Part shown: piece after piece, positions 1-9,534 of the stretch
How positions within the stretch are numbered: the first letter of the stretch is position 1
Layout of the letters: each line of letters opens with the position of its first letter
Program-made: the position numbers and the translations under genes
The notes under the pieces: generated by a model
What the model was told of the DNA's origin: nothing
Databases searched by the model: none
What the model saw: the letters and a program-made list of their open reading frames with translations, nothing else
Assembly: GCA_964433905.1 (NCBI GenBank)
Contig: CAYSSM010000001.1
Coordinates: 60,246-124,245, forward strand
Origin: an uncultured Candidatus Saccharibacteria bacterium
GTDB lineage: Bacteria > Patescibacteriota > UBA1384 > UBA12157 > JAENIV01
Direction: 5' to 3'
Length of the DNA: 64,000 nucleotides

Positions 1-2
1 TT

Positions 3-1106
3 ATTGAGAAAATCAATTTAAAAATCCGTCAAGTCGGCTTGGGTAAATTTTCGTCAGTCGCCGGTAGAAAATACGCTATGGATCGGGACCATCATTGGGA
101 TCGAACAATTCAAGTCTTCAAAATGCTGGTTGAAGGTAATGCTCCGGCAGCCGAATCTATTGAAAAAGCTATTACCCAAAATTATAAAAAAGGATTAGAA
201 GACGGTGCTATCGAACCAACGTTAATTAAAGATCAAAATGTAAAAGTAACTATCAAACCCAATGATGTGATTTTATTTTTTAATTTTCGTCCTGATCGTG
301 CCAGACAACTGACAGAAATTTTCGTTAACACCGACTTTAGGCATTTTTTTTGGAAACCGCAAGTTCCGGTCAATTTACTCTTTTCTTCGCTTACGAAATA
401 TTCGAGAAAATTTAATACTCAAATTGCTTTTCCTCGAAAAATGATTTCTAATATTTTACCTGAGGTTTTGAGCAAATATCATAAGAATGATTTAAGAATT
501 GCCGAATCGGAAAAAAAAGCTCATGTTACTTACTTTTTTAATTGCGGGCGGGAGGAACCGTTTAAGTTTGAAACATGCAAAATATTTGCTTCGCCCGATA
601 CTGATAATTACGATCAAACACCGGCAATGTCCGGCAGGCAAATCACTCAAGCGGCAATAACGGCAATTGGGCAAAACACAGATTTTATATTAATTAATTT
701 TGCCAATGTCGATCTGATTGCTCATACGGGAAATATTATCGCTGCCGGTCAAGCGGTCTTAAAAGTCGATCTTTTTGTTAAAGAGATTGTTGAAAGTAAT
801 CTTCGCGCTGGCGGAGCGACAATCATTACGGCAGATCACGGCAATGTTGAACAAATGGTAAGCATAAGCAAAAATGTCGAGCAAGAAACTCACCATACTT
901 TCAATCCCGTGCCTTTTATATTGATTGCCAAAGACAAGAAAAAGAATCTCATCCAAGGCGCTTTATCGGCATCGGCCAATACTTTGTCAAAAATTTTGTC
1001 GGCAAAAAATACTTTGGCTGATGTCGCGCCAACGGTCTTGGAAATAATGAATTTGCCCAAACCGGCTGAAATGACCGGCCACTCGCTTTTGCGCGAATTG
1101 GAATAA
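3..1106 (+). CDS. gpmI: 2,3-bisphosphoglycerate-independent phosphoglycerate mutase (5'-truncated by window edge)
   Basis: GRKYAMDRD, FNFRPDRARQL, AESEKKAHVTYFFN, NFANVDLIAHTG, TADHGNVE motifs; frame open back to position 3. Confidence 0.93.
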   Translation: MEKINLKIRQVGLGKFSSVAGRKYAMDRDHHWDRTIQVFKMLVEGNAPAAESIEKAITQNYKKGLEDGAIEPTLIKDQNVKVTIKPNDVILFFNFRPDRARQLTEIFVNTDFRHFFWKPQVPVNLLFSSLTKYSRKFNTQIAFPRKMISNILPEVLSKYHKNDLRIAESEKKAHVTYFFNCGREEPFKFETCKIFASPDTDNYDQTPAMSGRQITQAAITAIGQNTDFILINFANVDLIAHTGNIIAAGQAVLKVDLFVKEIVESNLRAGGATIITADHGNVEQMVSISKNVEQETHHTFNPVPFILIAKDKKKNLIQGALSASANTLSKILSAKNTLADVAPTVLEIMNLPKPAEMTGHSLLRELE

Positions 1107-1107
1107 T

Positions 1108-3090
1108 ATGGATACACTATTTAATCCACAATCGATTGCTGTTATCGGGGCCTCAAGGCATCCGCAAAAATTAGGTTATCAAATTCTTGATAATATTGTT
1201 AAGAATGGTTTTAAAGGTAAGATTTATCCGATTAATCCCGAAGCAGATAAAATTTTAAACTTAAAAGTATATAAAGAAATTTCTGAAGTTGATGACGAAA
1301 TTGACTTAGCAGTGGTGATTGTGCCGGCTAAAATTGTTGAAAATATAATAGCCAATTGTCAAAAAAAGAATGTTAAGTATGCCATTATTATTTCATCCGG
1401 TTTTGCCGAACAAGGAAAATCCGGTAAAATTTTACAAAATCGTATTAACGACATGCTAAAAGACTCGCCTTTACGAATTATCGGGCCGAACTGTTTGGGA
1501 ATAATTAATACTGACAATAATTTAAATGCTACTTTTGCCGCCCCAAAATTAATCAAGGGAAATGTTGCCGCGGTTTTCCAATCAGGCGCTTTGGGGGCGG
1601 CACTGCTGGATTGGGCGAATGAATATAATTTTGGTTTTTCAAAATTTATCAGTTTAGGCAATAAAATTGATATCGAAGAATCTGAATTGATTGAATATCT
1701 GGCTGAAGACGATGACACTAAAGTTATCGCCCTTTACCTTGAAGATATTCGTGATACCAAAAAATTTTATAGCGTATGCCGTGAAGCTTCATCGCAAAAA
1801 CCAATCATTATTTTAAAAGGCGGTATGACGGTAATTGGCGCAAAAGCGGCTTTTTCACATACGGCGGCGATGGTCACACCTCGTCATATTATCAAAGCTG
1901 TTTTTTCGCAGTCAAATTTGATTGTTGCCAAGACGATTGAAGATTTACTCAATTTAATTCAAGTTCTTTCGTGGGAACCGGCGGCAACATCAAAAAATAT
2001 TGCCATTATCAGTAATGCCGGCGGACCGGCGATTCTTGCCACAGATGTTGCCAGCCGGTGTGGTTTGCATCTGCCCAAACTTCATGAGGAAGTTTTAAAT
2101 AATGTTTTGCCCGAAATCGCATCGAGTGATAATCCAATCGATTTAGGAGGCCAGGCTTCAGCTAAAGATTATCGCAAGGCATTGGATTACTGTCTTAATA
2201 ATAAAATGATTTCATCGATTGTGGGGATTCTTACTCCGCAGACTTCGACCGAAATTGAAGAAACTGCCAAAGTTTTTGCAAGTTTTAACAATGCCAAAAA
2301 ACCGATTGTGGTTTCATTTTTGGGTGATAGATTGGTTGACAAAGGAATTTCTATTTTAAAAGATGCCCATGTTCCTCATTTTGATACGCCGGAAGAAGCA
2401 GTAAAAGCGCTAGCCAGCTCGATTAAATATTGGAAAAAAGACAAACAAAATTATCATCTGATAGATTTTAACTCAACAAATTCTAACGCTAATTGTGATA
2501 ATGTCTATGAAGTGATTGAAAATTACAATATTCCTTTTGCTGAGTTTGAAATCGTCAATAATTTTGATGAGGCAATAAAAATTAGTAAAAATTTAGGTTA
2601 TCCGCTGGTAGCAAAAAACATTTCTGGAAAATTTGTTCATAAACATAAAGCCGGAAAGGTAGTATTAGGTATCAATGATAATCATTCATTTAAGCTGGCT
2701 TTAAAAAAAGTTAGTTTTCCAGCGCTCATTCAAAAAATGATAAATTTACCTTTCGAAGTAATTGTGGGAGTAAAACAGGATATAGATGCCGGAGCAGTTC
2801 TAACTTTTGGCTGGGGTGGTATTTATACCGAGGAAGTTTCTGACATTGCGGTGAGAATTTCTCCCTTGACTTTAAATGATTTGGACGAGATGATAAAAGA
2901 AACAAAGATTGGCCGCATTTTACATCGAGAAAATATTGATTTATCAGTATTGAAAAATATTATGATTGAACTTCTTCAGATTTCAATCGATAACCCGCGT
3001 ATTTTAGAGATCGAAATTAATCCAATCAAATTATCCTTCGATAAAACAATATGCGTTGACGCGCGAATGAAAGTTTCAGAGGTTAAATGA
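1108..3090 (+). CDS. ADP-forming acetate/acyl-CoA ligase, fused CoA-binding and ATP-grasp domains
   Basis: FNPQSIAVIGAS, IIGPNCLG, QSGALG, SLGNKIDI, SHTAAM phospho-His motif, C-terminal EINP...VDAR. Confidence 0.9.
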   Translation: MDTLFNPQSIAVIGASRHPQKLGYQILDNIVKNGFKGKIYPINPEADKILNLKVYKEISEVDDEIDLAVVIVPAKIVENIIANCQKKNVKYAIIISSGFAEQGKSGKILQNRINDMLKDSPLRIIGPNCLGIINTDNNLNATFAAPKLIKGNVAAVFQSGALGAALLDWANEYNFGFSKFISLGNKIDIEESELIEYLAEDDDTKVIALYLEDIRDTKKFYSVCREASSQKPIIILKGGMTVIGAKAAFSHTAAMVTPRHIIKAVFSQSNLIVAKTIEDLLNLIQVLSWEPAATSKNIAIISNAGGPAILATDVASRCGLHLPKLHEEVLNNVLPEIASSDNPIDLGGQASAKDYRKALDYCLNNKMISSIVGILTPQTSTEIEETAKVFASFNNAKKPIVVSFLGDRLVDKGISILKDAHVPHFDTPEEAVKALASSIKYWKKDKQNYHLIDFNSTNSNANCDNVYEVIENYNIPFAEFEIVNNFDEAIKISKNLGYPLVAKNISGKFVHKHKAGKVVLGINDNHSFKLALKKVSFPALIQKMINLPFEVIVGVKQDIDAGAVLTFGWGGIYTEEVSDIAVRISPLTLNDLDEMIKETKIGRILHRENIDLSVLKNIMIELLQISIDNPRILEIEINPIKLSFDKTICVDARMKVSEVK

Positions 3091-4151
3091 AAGAGTTACT
3101 TACTGGCAACCAATCGGCAATCAAAGGCGCGTTAGCGGTAGGCGCAGAAATTATGACTGGCTATCCAATTACCCCTACTACGGAAATGCTGGAATATTGG
3201 GCCGAAGAGGCAAATAAGAATCCTGCTTTAAAATTTTTACAGTCAGAAGATGAGATGGCGGCCGGTTTTGCCATGATTGGCGCGATTTTAGCCGGTAAAA
3301 AAGCATTTTCTGCCACCGCCGGTCCCGGCAACATTTTGATGCAGGATGCTTTTGCGATGGCGGAAAACATGAGACTTCCGACAGTGGCTTTTATTAATCA
3401 AAGAGGAGGTCCTTCGACAGGTACGGTTATTTATTCTCAACAAGAGCTTAATTTAACTTGTTTTGGCGGCAATGGCGAAGGCTTGCGGATTGTTTATTCT
3501 TGTGCGGGCGTGCAAGATATGTATGACTATGCGATTAAAGCATTTAACACGGCTTGGAGATACCGTTTCCCGACCTTTATGCTCTCCGATGGCTATCAGG
3601 GAAAAATGAAAACTGAAATTGAAACCTATTCTTTGCAAGAAAAACAAATTGAAAATATTCCCGCCTATCCATATTTATTAAATCCGGCCAATAAAGAAAC
3701 GGTTAATTTACGCAATACTTACAATTTAGAAAAAGATTTAAACTATTTAATAGAGGAGCATAAAAAAGCTTTTGATGAAATTGTACCTGAAATTATTGAA
3801 TTTGAAGATCTTCATACTTTGGATGCTGAGATAGTTATTTTTGCTCACGGAATAATTGCATCAGCCTCAAAACAAGCAATTGACAGCATGCGATCTATGG
3901 GGGTTAAAGTAGGCTTATTTAGGCCTATCACTTTAAATCCATTTCCGAAAGATAATGCCATATCAATTGCCAAGAATAAGCGATTGATATTAGTTATTGA
4001 GTCTTCTTTAGGTCAGTTCGAAAGAGTTGTCAAAGAAAATTTGTACGGTTTGCAAACTAAGATTATTGGTCTAAAAAAACCGGCGCTTGGCATATCACCG
4101 GAAGAAATTATCTCTAAAGTAAATGATATTTTGAAGGAGCAGAATGGCTGA
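3087..4151 (+). CDS. 2-oxoacid:ferredoxin oxidoreductase alpha subunit
   Basis: GYPITPTTE, QSEDEMAA, ATAGPG, QRGGPSTG motifs. Confidence 0.92.
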   Translation: MKELLTGNQSAIKGALAVGAEIMTGYPITPTTEMLEYWAEEANKNPALKFLQSEDEMAAGFAMIGAILAGKKAFSATAGPGNILMQDAFAMAENMRLPTVAFINQRGGPSTGTVIYSQQELNLTCFGGNGEGLRIVYSCAGVQDMYDYAIKAFNTAWRYRFPTFMLSDGYQGKMKTEIETYSLQEKQIENIPAYPYLLNPANKETVNLRNTYNLEKDLNYLIEEHKKAFDEIVPEIIEFEDLHTLDAEIVIFAHGIIASASKQAIDSMRSMGVKVGLFRPITLNPFPKDNAISIAKNKRLILVIESSLGQFERVVKENLYGLQTKIIGLKKPALGISPEEIISKVNDILKEQNG

Positions 4152-4872
4152 AGCGGCATTTCCCAAAGTTTGGAAAAAAAGTTCCAAACCACATAAATTT
4201 TGTCCCGGATGTGGTCAGGCATTAGCTTTAAAAATATTGGGCTATGCTATTGATGAACTCGGAATTCAAAATAAAATGGTTTACGGCTGTGATATTGGCT
4301 GCTCACTGCTTACATGGGACATGTTCGATGTTGATACGGTTCAAACGCATCATGGCAGAGTTTTGCCAACCATGGTTGGTTTTAAATTAGCAAAACCTGA
4401 AGCGATTGTAATCGCTTTTATGGGAGATGGTGGCGGCTATGCAATTGGCGCGCAACACTTAATAAATTCGGCAATGCGTAATGACAAAGTAACTGTAATT
4501 TTAATTAACAATGCCAATTATGCGATGACGGGTGGGCAGATGGCGCCGACAACATTAATAGCTGAAAAAACTACCACAACACCGCTGGGAAGAAAAATAG
4601 AAAATTATGGTGGCCCGATTCATGGACCGGAAATGCTTTCCAAAATTGTTTCTGACGATGCCTATTTGGCTCGAACAATCTCAACCAATATTGAAGATTG
4701 CAAAGAAAAAATAAAAAAGGCTTTTCAAAATCAAATTGACAGCCATGGCTTTAGTTTTGTAGAGATTTTATCAATGTGTCCGGTCAATTGGCACACGAAT
4801 ACGCAGGAATCCTTAGATTTTTGTGAAAAAGAAATGGTTAAAATATTTCCGTTGGGAGAATTTAATGATTAA
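4144..4872 (+). CDS. 2-oxoacid:ferredoxin oxidoreductase beta subunit (TPP-binding)
   Basis: FCPGCG, DIGCS, HGR, GDG...NN TPP motif, MTGGQMAPTT, SMCPVNW. Confidence 0.93.
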   Translation: MAEAAFPKVWKKSSKPHKFCPGCGQALALKILGYAIDELGIQNKMVYGCDIGCSLLTWDMFDVDTVQTHHGRVLPTMVGFKLAKPEAIVIAFMGDGGGYAIGAQHLINSAMRNDKVTVILINNANYAMTGGQMAPTTLIAEKTTTTPLGRKIENYGGPIHGPEMLSKIVSDDAYLARTISTNIEDCKEKIKKAFQNQIDSHGFSFVEILSMCPVNWHTNTQESLDFCEKEMVKIFPLGEFND

Positions 4873-5692
4873 TATTCTAGTTGCTGGCGAAGGCGGTCAA
4901 GGCGTTCAATCAATCGCTAAAATCATAAATACTTCAGTAGATGAGTCTTCTAAAGAAAGTTGCTACCTGCCAAGCTTTGGGGTAGAACAGCGTGGTGGTG
5001 TTTCTTTAGCTTTTTTAAGAATAGATGCTAAAAAAATACTATATCCGCGTTTTGATAAAGCAGACATTATCGCAGCTTTATGCAGCCGATCGATCGATTC
5101 AATCAAAGACTATATCAAAGATGATACTTTTTTGATATACGACGGCTCAATTGTGGAAAATAGCGTTTTAGATCAAATTAAACCTAAAGTTAAAAAATAT
5201 ATAAATATTCTTGCCAATAATATCGCCATAAAAAAATATTCCGTTAAGTCAGCTAACATGTTGATGTTGGGCGGGGTTGTGGCGCAATTGATAGATGTTA
5301 ACCTATCGATTATCGAAAACAATATTAAGAATGAATTCAAAGATAAAATCGCTGAAAATCCCGAGATTGGGACTATGAATATTAACGCTTTTCACGAAGG
5401 ACTAAATATTGCCAAAAGTTTTGACCAAAGTAGCGAAGAATTGGTCGGTAAGCCAGCGCACGAAATAAAAACGGAATACAAAGATGATAAGAAAAGTTGG
5501 ATTCGTTTTCCCGAATATTGCAAAGGCTGCGGCCTTTGTCTTGTAAGATGTCCTGTTCAAGCGCTTCATTTTTCAAAAGAAGTCGGATTTTTAGGTAATC
5601 CTTTGCCCGAAATTGATATTGATAAATGTATTACTTGCGGTCAATGTGAACAAATCTGTCCAGACGGAGCAATAAAAGTTGAAAAAAGTTAA
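4865..5692 (+). CDS. 2-oxoacid:ferredoxin oxidoreductase gamma subunit fused to 2[4Fe-4S] delta/ferredoxin domain
   Basis: AGEGGQGV and GVEQRGG gamma motifs; C-terminal CKGCGLCLVRCP and CITCGQCEQICP; start placed at ATG 4865. Confidence 0.88.
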   Translation: MINILVAGEGGQGVQSIAKIINTSVDESSKESCYLPSFGVEQRGGVSLAFLRIDAKKILYPRFDKADIIAALCSRSIDSIKDYIKDDTFLIYDGSIVENSVLDQIKPKVKKYINILANNIAIKKYSVKSANMLMLGGVVAQLIDVNLSIIENNIKNEFKDKIAENPEIGTMNINAFHEGLNIAKSFDQSSEELVGKPAHEIKTEYKDDKKSWIRFPEYCKGCGLCLVRCPVQALHFSKEVGFLGNPLPEIDIDKCITCGQCEQICPDGAIKVEKS

Positions 5693-5701
5693 CAAATTAT
5701 G

Positions 5702-5745
5702 CCACATCTGACAATACACATCGCAAGTGAATTAGCGGATGTGTC
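5702..5745. repeat. ~44-bp imperfect palindromic repeat, family A copy 1 (REP-like, flanks transposase)
   Basis: CCACATCTGACAATACACATCGCAAGTGAATTAGCGGATGTGTC; ACACATC/GATGTGT arms; homologous to 6432 and 39264. Confidence 0.8.
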
Positions 5746-5750
5746 TTAAA

Positions 5751-6398
5751 TTATTCATGTAAAAGATCTTTGATTCTTGTTAAATCTCGTGCGTAACTGG
5801 CATAATCTTCAACAAATTCCCGATAATTTTTAGGTGACCCTATTATTTTTAAAATAAAACCGGAATGGCAAAGCCGATCATTGGTATTGTTTAGGTAATG
5901 ATGATATGAAGACCAACTATAAGAAGAGCTGTCATTGCAAATACCAGAGGTATAAGGATTAAGGTGAAGATATCGAGACAAGTGTATCAATTGTTCGTCA
6001 GATTCTATCATAACGACTCGAAACCGTCCTTGGGTTAAAGTTCCCACTCTATCGTTCTTTTCATTATAATATCTTGTGTAACTATCCAAAGACCGTCGCA
6101 TGAAAATACTAATTCCATTATCAACAATCTGACGAAGAAGCAAATGAAAATGATTGGGCATCAGACAATAAGCATATATCTCCACTAGTGGTTTTTGAGG
6201 TTCTATTCTAAGAATTTTATCTATCTCCGTCTTATCAATTTTTGAGAGCCTAAGTTTATCTTTATTTTCAAGATAAAAACTGAAGGTTTTGAGTAGTCTT
6301 AAGTAGTCAAAATCGAAATCAAAAAGATTTTGTTTAGCGACTCCCCTATTATAGACATGATAAAGGTGGTCATTGGCATACACGGGTTTAACATACAT
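5751..6398 (-). mobile_element. REP-associated tyrosine transposase (RAYT/TnpA-REP, Y1 HUH family)
   Basis: YHVYNRG, YAYCLMPNHFHLLL (HUH), GTLTQGRF, RYLHLNP catalytic Tyr, YSWSSY; flanked by direct repeats. Confidence 0.9.
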
Positions 6399-6431
6399 AA
6401 GTTTAATATATCATTTATCTTTAGTTTTTGT

Positions 6432-6475
6432 CCACATCGTTAAAGACACATCGCAAGTGTTTAAGCGGTAGTATC
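6432..6475. repeat. family A repeat copy 2
   Basis: CCACATCGTTAAAGACACATCGCAAGTGTTTAAGCGGTAGTATC, colinear with copy 1, same orientation. Confidence 0.8.
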
Positions 6476-6574
6476 CAAGAAAAAACGCTTAGATATTTGA
6501 AAAAGGTGGTAAAAATATGATATATTAAATTAGAATTGGAAGAATAAATTCATTTAGATAGAATTAAAATTTAA

Positions 6575-6646
6575 GGGCCTGTAGCTTAGAGGAAAAGCGT
6601 TAGTATGGCATACTAAAGATCGCGAGTTCGAGTCTCGCCAGGTCCA
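6575..6646 (+). tRNA. tRNA-Ala(GGC), CCA not encoded
   Basis: acceptor GGGCCTG/CAGGTCC with G3:U70, anticodon stem TTAGT/ACTAA with loop ATGGCAT, T-arm GCGAG-TTCGAGT-CTCGC, discriminator A. Confidence 0.93.
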
Positions 6647-6731
6647 AAAATAAACAATAGAATGACTCGCATTTGCGGGAAGGTCCGAGATAGTTGCCTA
6701 AAGGCGAGTCCCCGACGGTCCACCAACTATT

Positions 6732-9239
6732 ATGGAAAAATACGTTTTTAAATTAATTGAAAAAAAGTGGCAGAAGATATGGGAAGAAGAAAGCTACGGT
6801 AAAGCCGAGGATTTTTCAAAAAAACCAAAGCACTATCATTTGGTTGAGTTTCCCTATCCTTCAGGTGAAGGACTCCACATCGGCCACTGCATGAGCTATG
6901 GCGCGTCCGATGCTTATTGCCGAATGAAACGGATGCAGGGTTTTGAAGTAATGTTTCCAATGGGCTGGGATGCTTTTGGGCTACCGACAGAAAATTTTGC
7001 CATTAAAAACAAAGTTAAACCTCAAGATGCAACTAAGAAAAATATTGATAATTACCGCCGTCAGATGAAATCTCTCGGTTATTCGTTTGACTGGTCTCGC
7101 GAAGTAAACACAACAGACCCTACTTATTACAAATGGACTCAATGGATTTTCCTGCAATTTTACAAACACGGAATTGTTGACGGAAAACTTATCGAAGTAT
7201 TGGATGATGATACTGAAACACCTCGCCTTGCCTATCAAGCTGAAATGCCGGTTAATTGGTGTCCTTCATGTAAAATAAATCTTGCCAATGAAGAAGTTGT
7301 GGGCGGCGGCTGTGAACGCTGCGGGACGCCGACAATTAAAAAAATGCAAAAACAATGGATGCTCCGAATCACCTCGTACGCCGATAGATTGATAACTGAC
7401 TTAGATAAAGTTGATTATTTGGATAAAATTAAAACCCAGCAATTAAATTGGATCGGAAAATCTGAAGGCGCGAATATAAAATTCGAAATCCGAAGTTCGA
7501 AATCCGAAACAAATTCTAAATCACAAATTATAAATTCAAAACAATATATAGATGTTTTCACAACGAGGGCAGATACTTTGTTTGGGTGTACTTATGTTGT
7601 GTTAGCGCCAGAACATCCATTGATAAACAAAATTAAAAATAAAATATCAAATATTAAAGAGGTTGAAGAATACATTGATAAAGCGACAAGGAAATCAGAT
7701 TTGGAACGGGCGGAAATTGAAAAAGAAAAAACCGGCGTTGAGCTAAAAGGGATCTCGACCACAAATCCAATCAACAATGAGAAAATTCCAGTTTGGATTG
7801 CTGATTATGTTCTACTAACATACGGAACGGGCGCCGTCATGGCAGTCCCCGCTCATGACCAACGCGATTTCGAATTTGCTAAAAAATATGAGATTAGGAT
7901 TAAAATGGTGATTTGTCCTAACTATCCGAATCCTGTTTGTCCAGTTCTTGAGAAAGCTTTTGAAGATTACGGTCATTTAGTTGATTCTGGAGAATTCGAC
8001 GGTTTCACATCCAAGGATGCGCAAAAGAAAATTACAGAAAAACTAAAAGAAATCGGGGCTGGAGATTTTGGCATTAATTACAAATTGCGTGATTGGATTT
8101 TTTCTCGTCAGCATTATTGGGGTGAGCCGATTCCGATTGTCCATTGTGAAAAATGTGGCGTTGTTGCTTTGGACGAAAAGGATCTACCACTTAAATTACC
8201 AGAAATTGAACATTACGAACCAACCGATACTGGTGAATCCCCACTGGCAAAAATATCAGAATGGGTAAATACAAAATGTCCGGGTTGTGATGGCGAAGCC
8301 AAGCGTGAAACCGACACAATGCCTAATTGGGCCGGTTCTTCATGGTACTATTTAAGATATTGTGATCCAAAAAATACCAACTCTCTTGCGGATCAAAAAA
8401 TATTGGATTTTTGGATGCCAGTTGATTTATACAATGGCGGCGTCGAACATACCACTTTGCATTTACTTTACTCACGGTTCTGGCACAAGTTTTTGTACGA
8501 TCTAAAAGTTGTCCCAGGTGCAGAGCCATATCAAAAACGAATAACCCACGGATTAATTTTGGGAAATGATAATCAAAAGATGAGCAAATCACGTGGCAAT
8601 GTTATTAATCCGGATTCAATTGTTGAAAAATTTGGAGCAGATACTCTACGCGCCTATATTATGTTTATCGGGCCTTACGACAAGGAATCTGCTTGGAATA
8701 TGGCTGGGGTTCTGGGTGTTTTTCGATTTCTGAATCGTGTTTGGAAAAATTCAAAAAAAATTAATGATTCTGATTCGGAAAAAATGCACTATAAAATGAA
8801 TCAAACAATCGATGGTGTTAGTAAAGATCTTGAATCGTTCAGTTTTAACACGGTGATTTCTAAATTAATGGAATTAAATAATGCTATCGAGAAAGAAAAT
8901 ATATCAAAAGAATCATTTAGTACATTTTTGAAATTGCTATTTCCTGCCTGTCCGCATATTGCTGAAGAACTGTGGGAGAAGTTGGGTTTTGATGAAAAAA
9001 TCAAAAATCAAGAGTGGCCAAAAGCGGATAAAAATTATTTGGTTGAAAAAGAGGTAAATATTGCCATTCAGATTAATGGTAAGACCAAAGGCTTAATAAA
9101 AGTTGCTCCTAGCGCCCCTCAAAGTCAAGTTGAAGAAGGTGCAAAAAAAGATAAACGATTGCAAGAAATACTAGAAGATAAATCGGTAAAAAAAATTATT
9201 TATGTTGCTGGACGGATTATCAATTTTGTGGTAGAATAA
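6732..9239 (+). CDS. leuS: leucine--tRNA ligase
   Basis: FPYPSGEGLHIGH, KMSKS, CP1 editing VFTTRADTL/GTGAVMAVPAHD. Confidence 0.97.
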   Translation: MEKYVFKLIEKKWQKIWEEESYGKAEDFSKKPKHYHLVEFPYPSGEGLHIGHCMSYGASDAYCRMKRMQGFEVMFPMGWDAFGLPTENFAIKNKVKPQDATKKNIDNYRRQMKSLGYSFDWSREVNTTDPTYYKWTQWIFLQFYKHGIVDGKLIEVLDDDTETPRLAYQAEMPVNWCPSCKINLANEEVVGGGCERCGTPTIKKMQKQWMLRITSYADRLITDLDKVDYLDKIKTQQLNWIGKSEGANIKFEIRSSKSETNSKSQIINSKQYIDVFTTRADTLFGCTYVVLAPEHPLINKIKNKISNIKEVEEYIDKATRKSDLERAEIEKEKTGVELKGISTTNPINNEKIPVWIADYVLLTYGTGAVMAVPAHDQRDFEFAKKYEIRIKMVICPNYPNPVCPVLEKAFEDYGHLVDSGEFDGFTSKDAQKKITEKLKEIGAGDFGINYKLRDWIFSRQHYWGEPIPIVHCEKCGVVALDEKDLPLKLPEIEHYEPTDTGESPLAKISEWVNTKCPGCDGEAKRETDTMPNWAGSSWYYLRYCDPKNTNSLADQKILDFWMPVDLYNGGVEHTTLHLLYSRFWHKFLYDLKVVPGAEPYQKRITHGLILGNDNQKMSKSRGNVINPDSIVEKFGADTLRAYIMFIGPYDKESAWNMAGVLGVFRFLNRVWKNSKKINDSDSEKMHYKMNQTIDGVSKDLESFSFNTVISKLMELNNAIEKENISKESFSTFLKLLFPACPHIAEELWEKLGFDEKIKNQEWPKADKNYLVEKEVNIAIQINGKTKGLIKVAPSAPQSQVEEGAKKDKRLQEILEDKSVKKIIYVAGRIINFVVE
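7479..7545 (+). repeat. degenerate 7-bp tandem repeat inserted in frame in leuS
   Basis: AAATTCG AAATCCG AAGTTCG AAATCCG (AAAC) AAATTCT AAATCAC AAATTAT AAATTCA. Confidence 0.75.
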
Positions 9240-9300
9240 ATAAAGTGATACGAAATACAAAACACATACTAAAATACGAAAAAAAATAAGAGAGGATTTT

Positions 9301-9534
9301 ATGGCAGAGCCAAAGAAAAGACTAACATCGAGCCGCTCAGGCAATAGAAGATCGCATCTTCAACTTAAAAAACAAACTTTATCAAACTGTCCAAAATGCA
9401 AAAATGCAAACTTGCCACATCTTGTTTGTCCTACATGCGGTTTTTACAATGGCAATGATGTCCTAAGATTAGAAGAAAAAGCCAAAGCTAAAGATCAAAG
9501 ACGCAAAGAGCAGGAAAAAGAACTGGAGAAATAA
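9301..9534 (+). CDS. rpmF: 50S ribosomal protein L32
   Basis: MAEPKKRLTSSR...CPKC...PHLVCPTCGFY. Confidence 0.95.
   Translation: MAEPKKRLTSSRSGNRRSHLQLKKQTLSNCPKCKNANLPHLVCPTCGFYNGNDVLRLEEKAKAKDQRRKEQEKELEK

Noticed and set aside
5702-6475. CRISPR array or Cas2 locus suggested by repeats and the PaaX-like gene
   Set aside because: Repeats are dispersed and degenerate, with no regular repeat-spacer series and no cas1 or effector genes
6660-6731. T-box riboswitch upstream of leuS
   Set aside because: No T-box consensus or terminator and the region is too short
7165-7230. Extra peptide in LeuRS (GIVDGKLIEVLDDDTETPR)
   Set aside because: No palindromic or periodic DNA; variable inserts at this position are common in LeuRS
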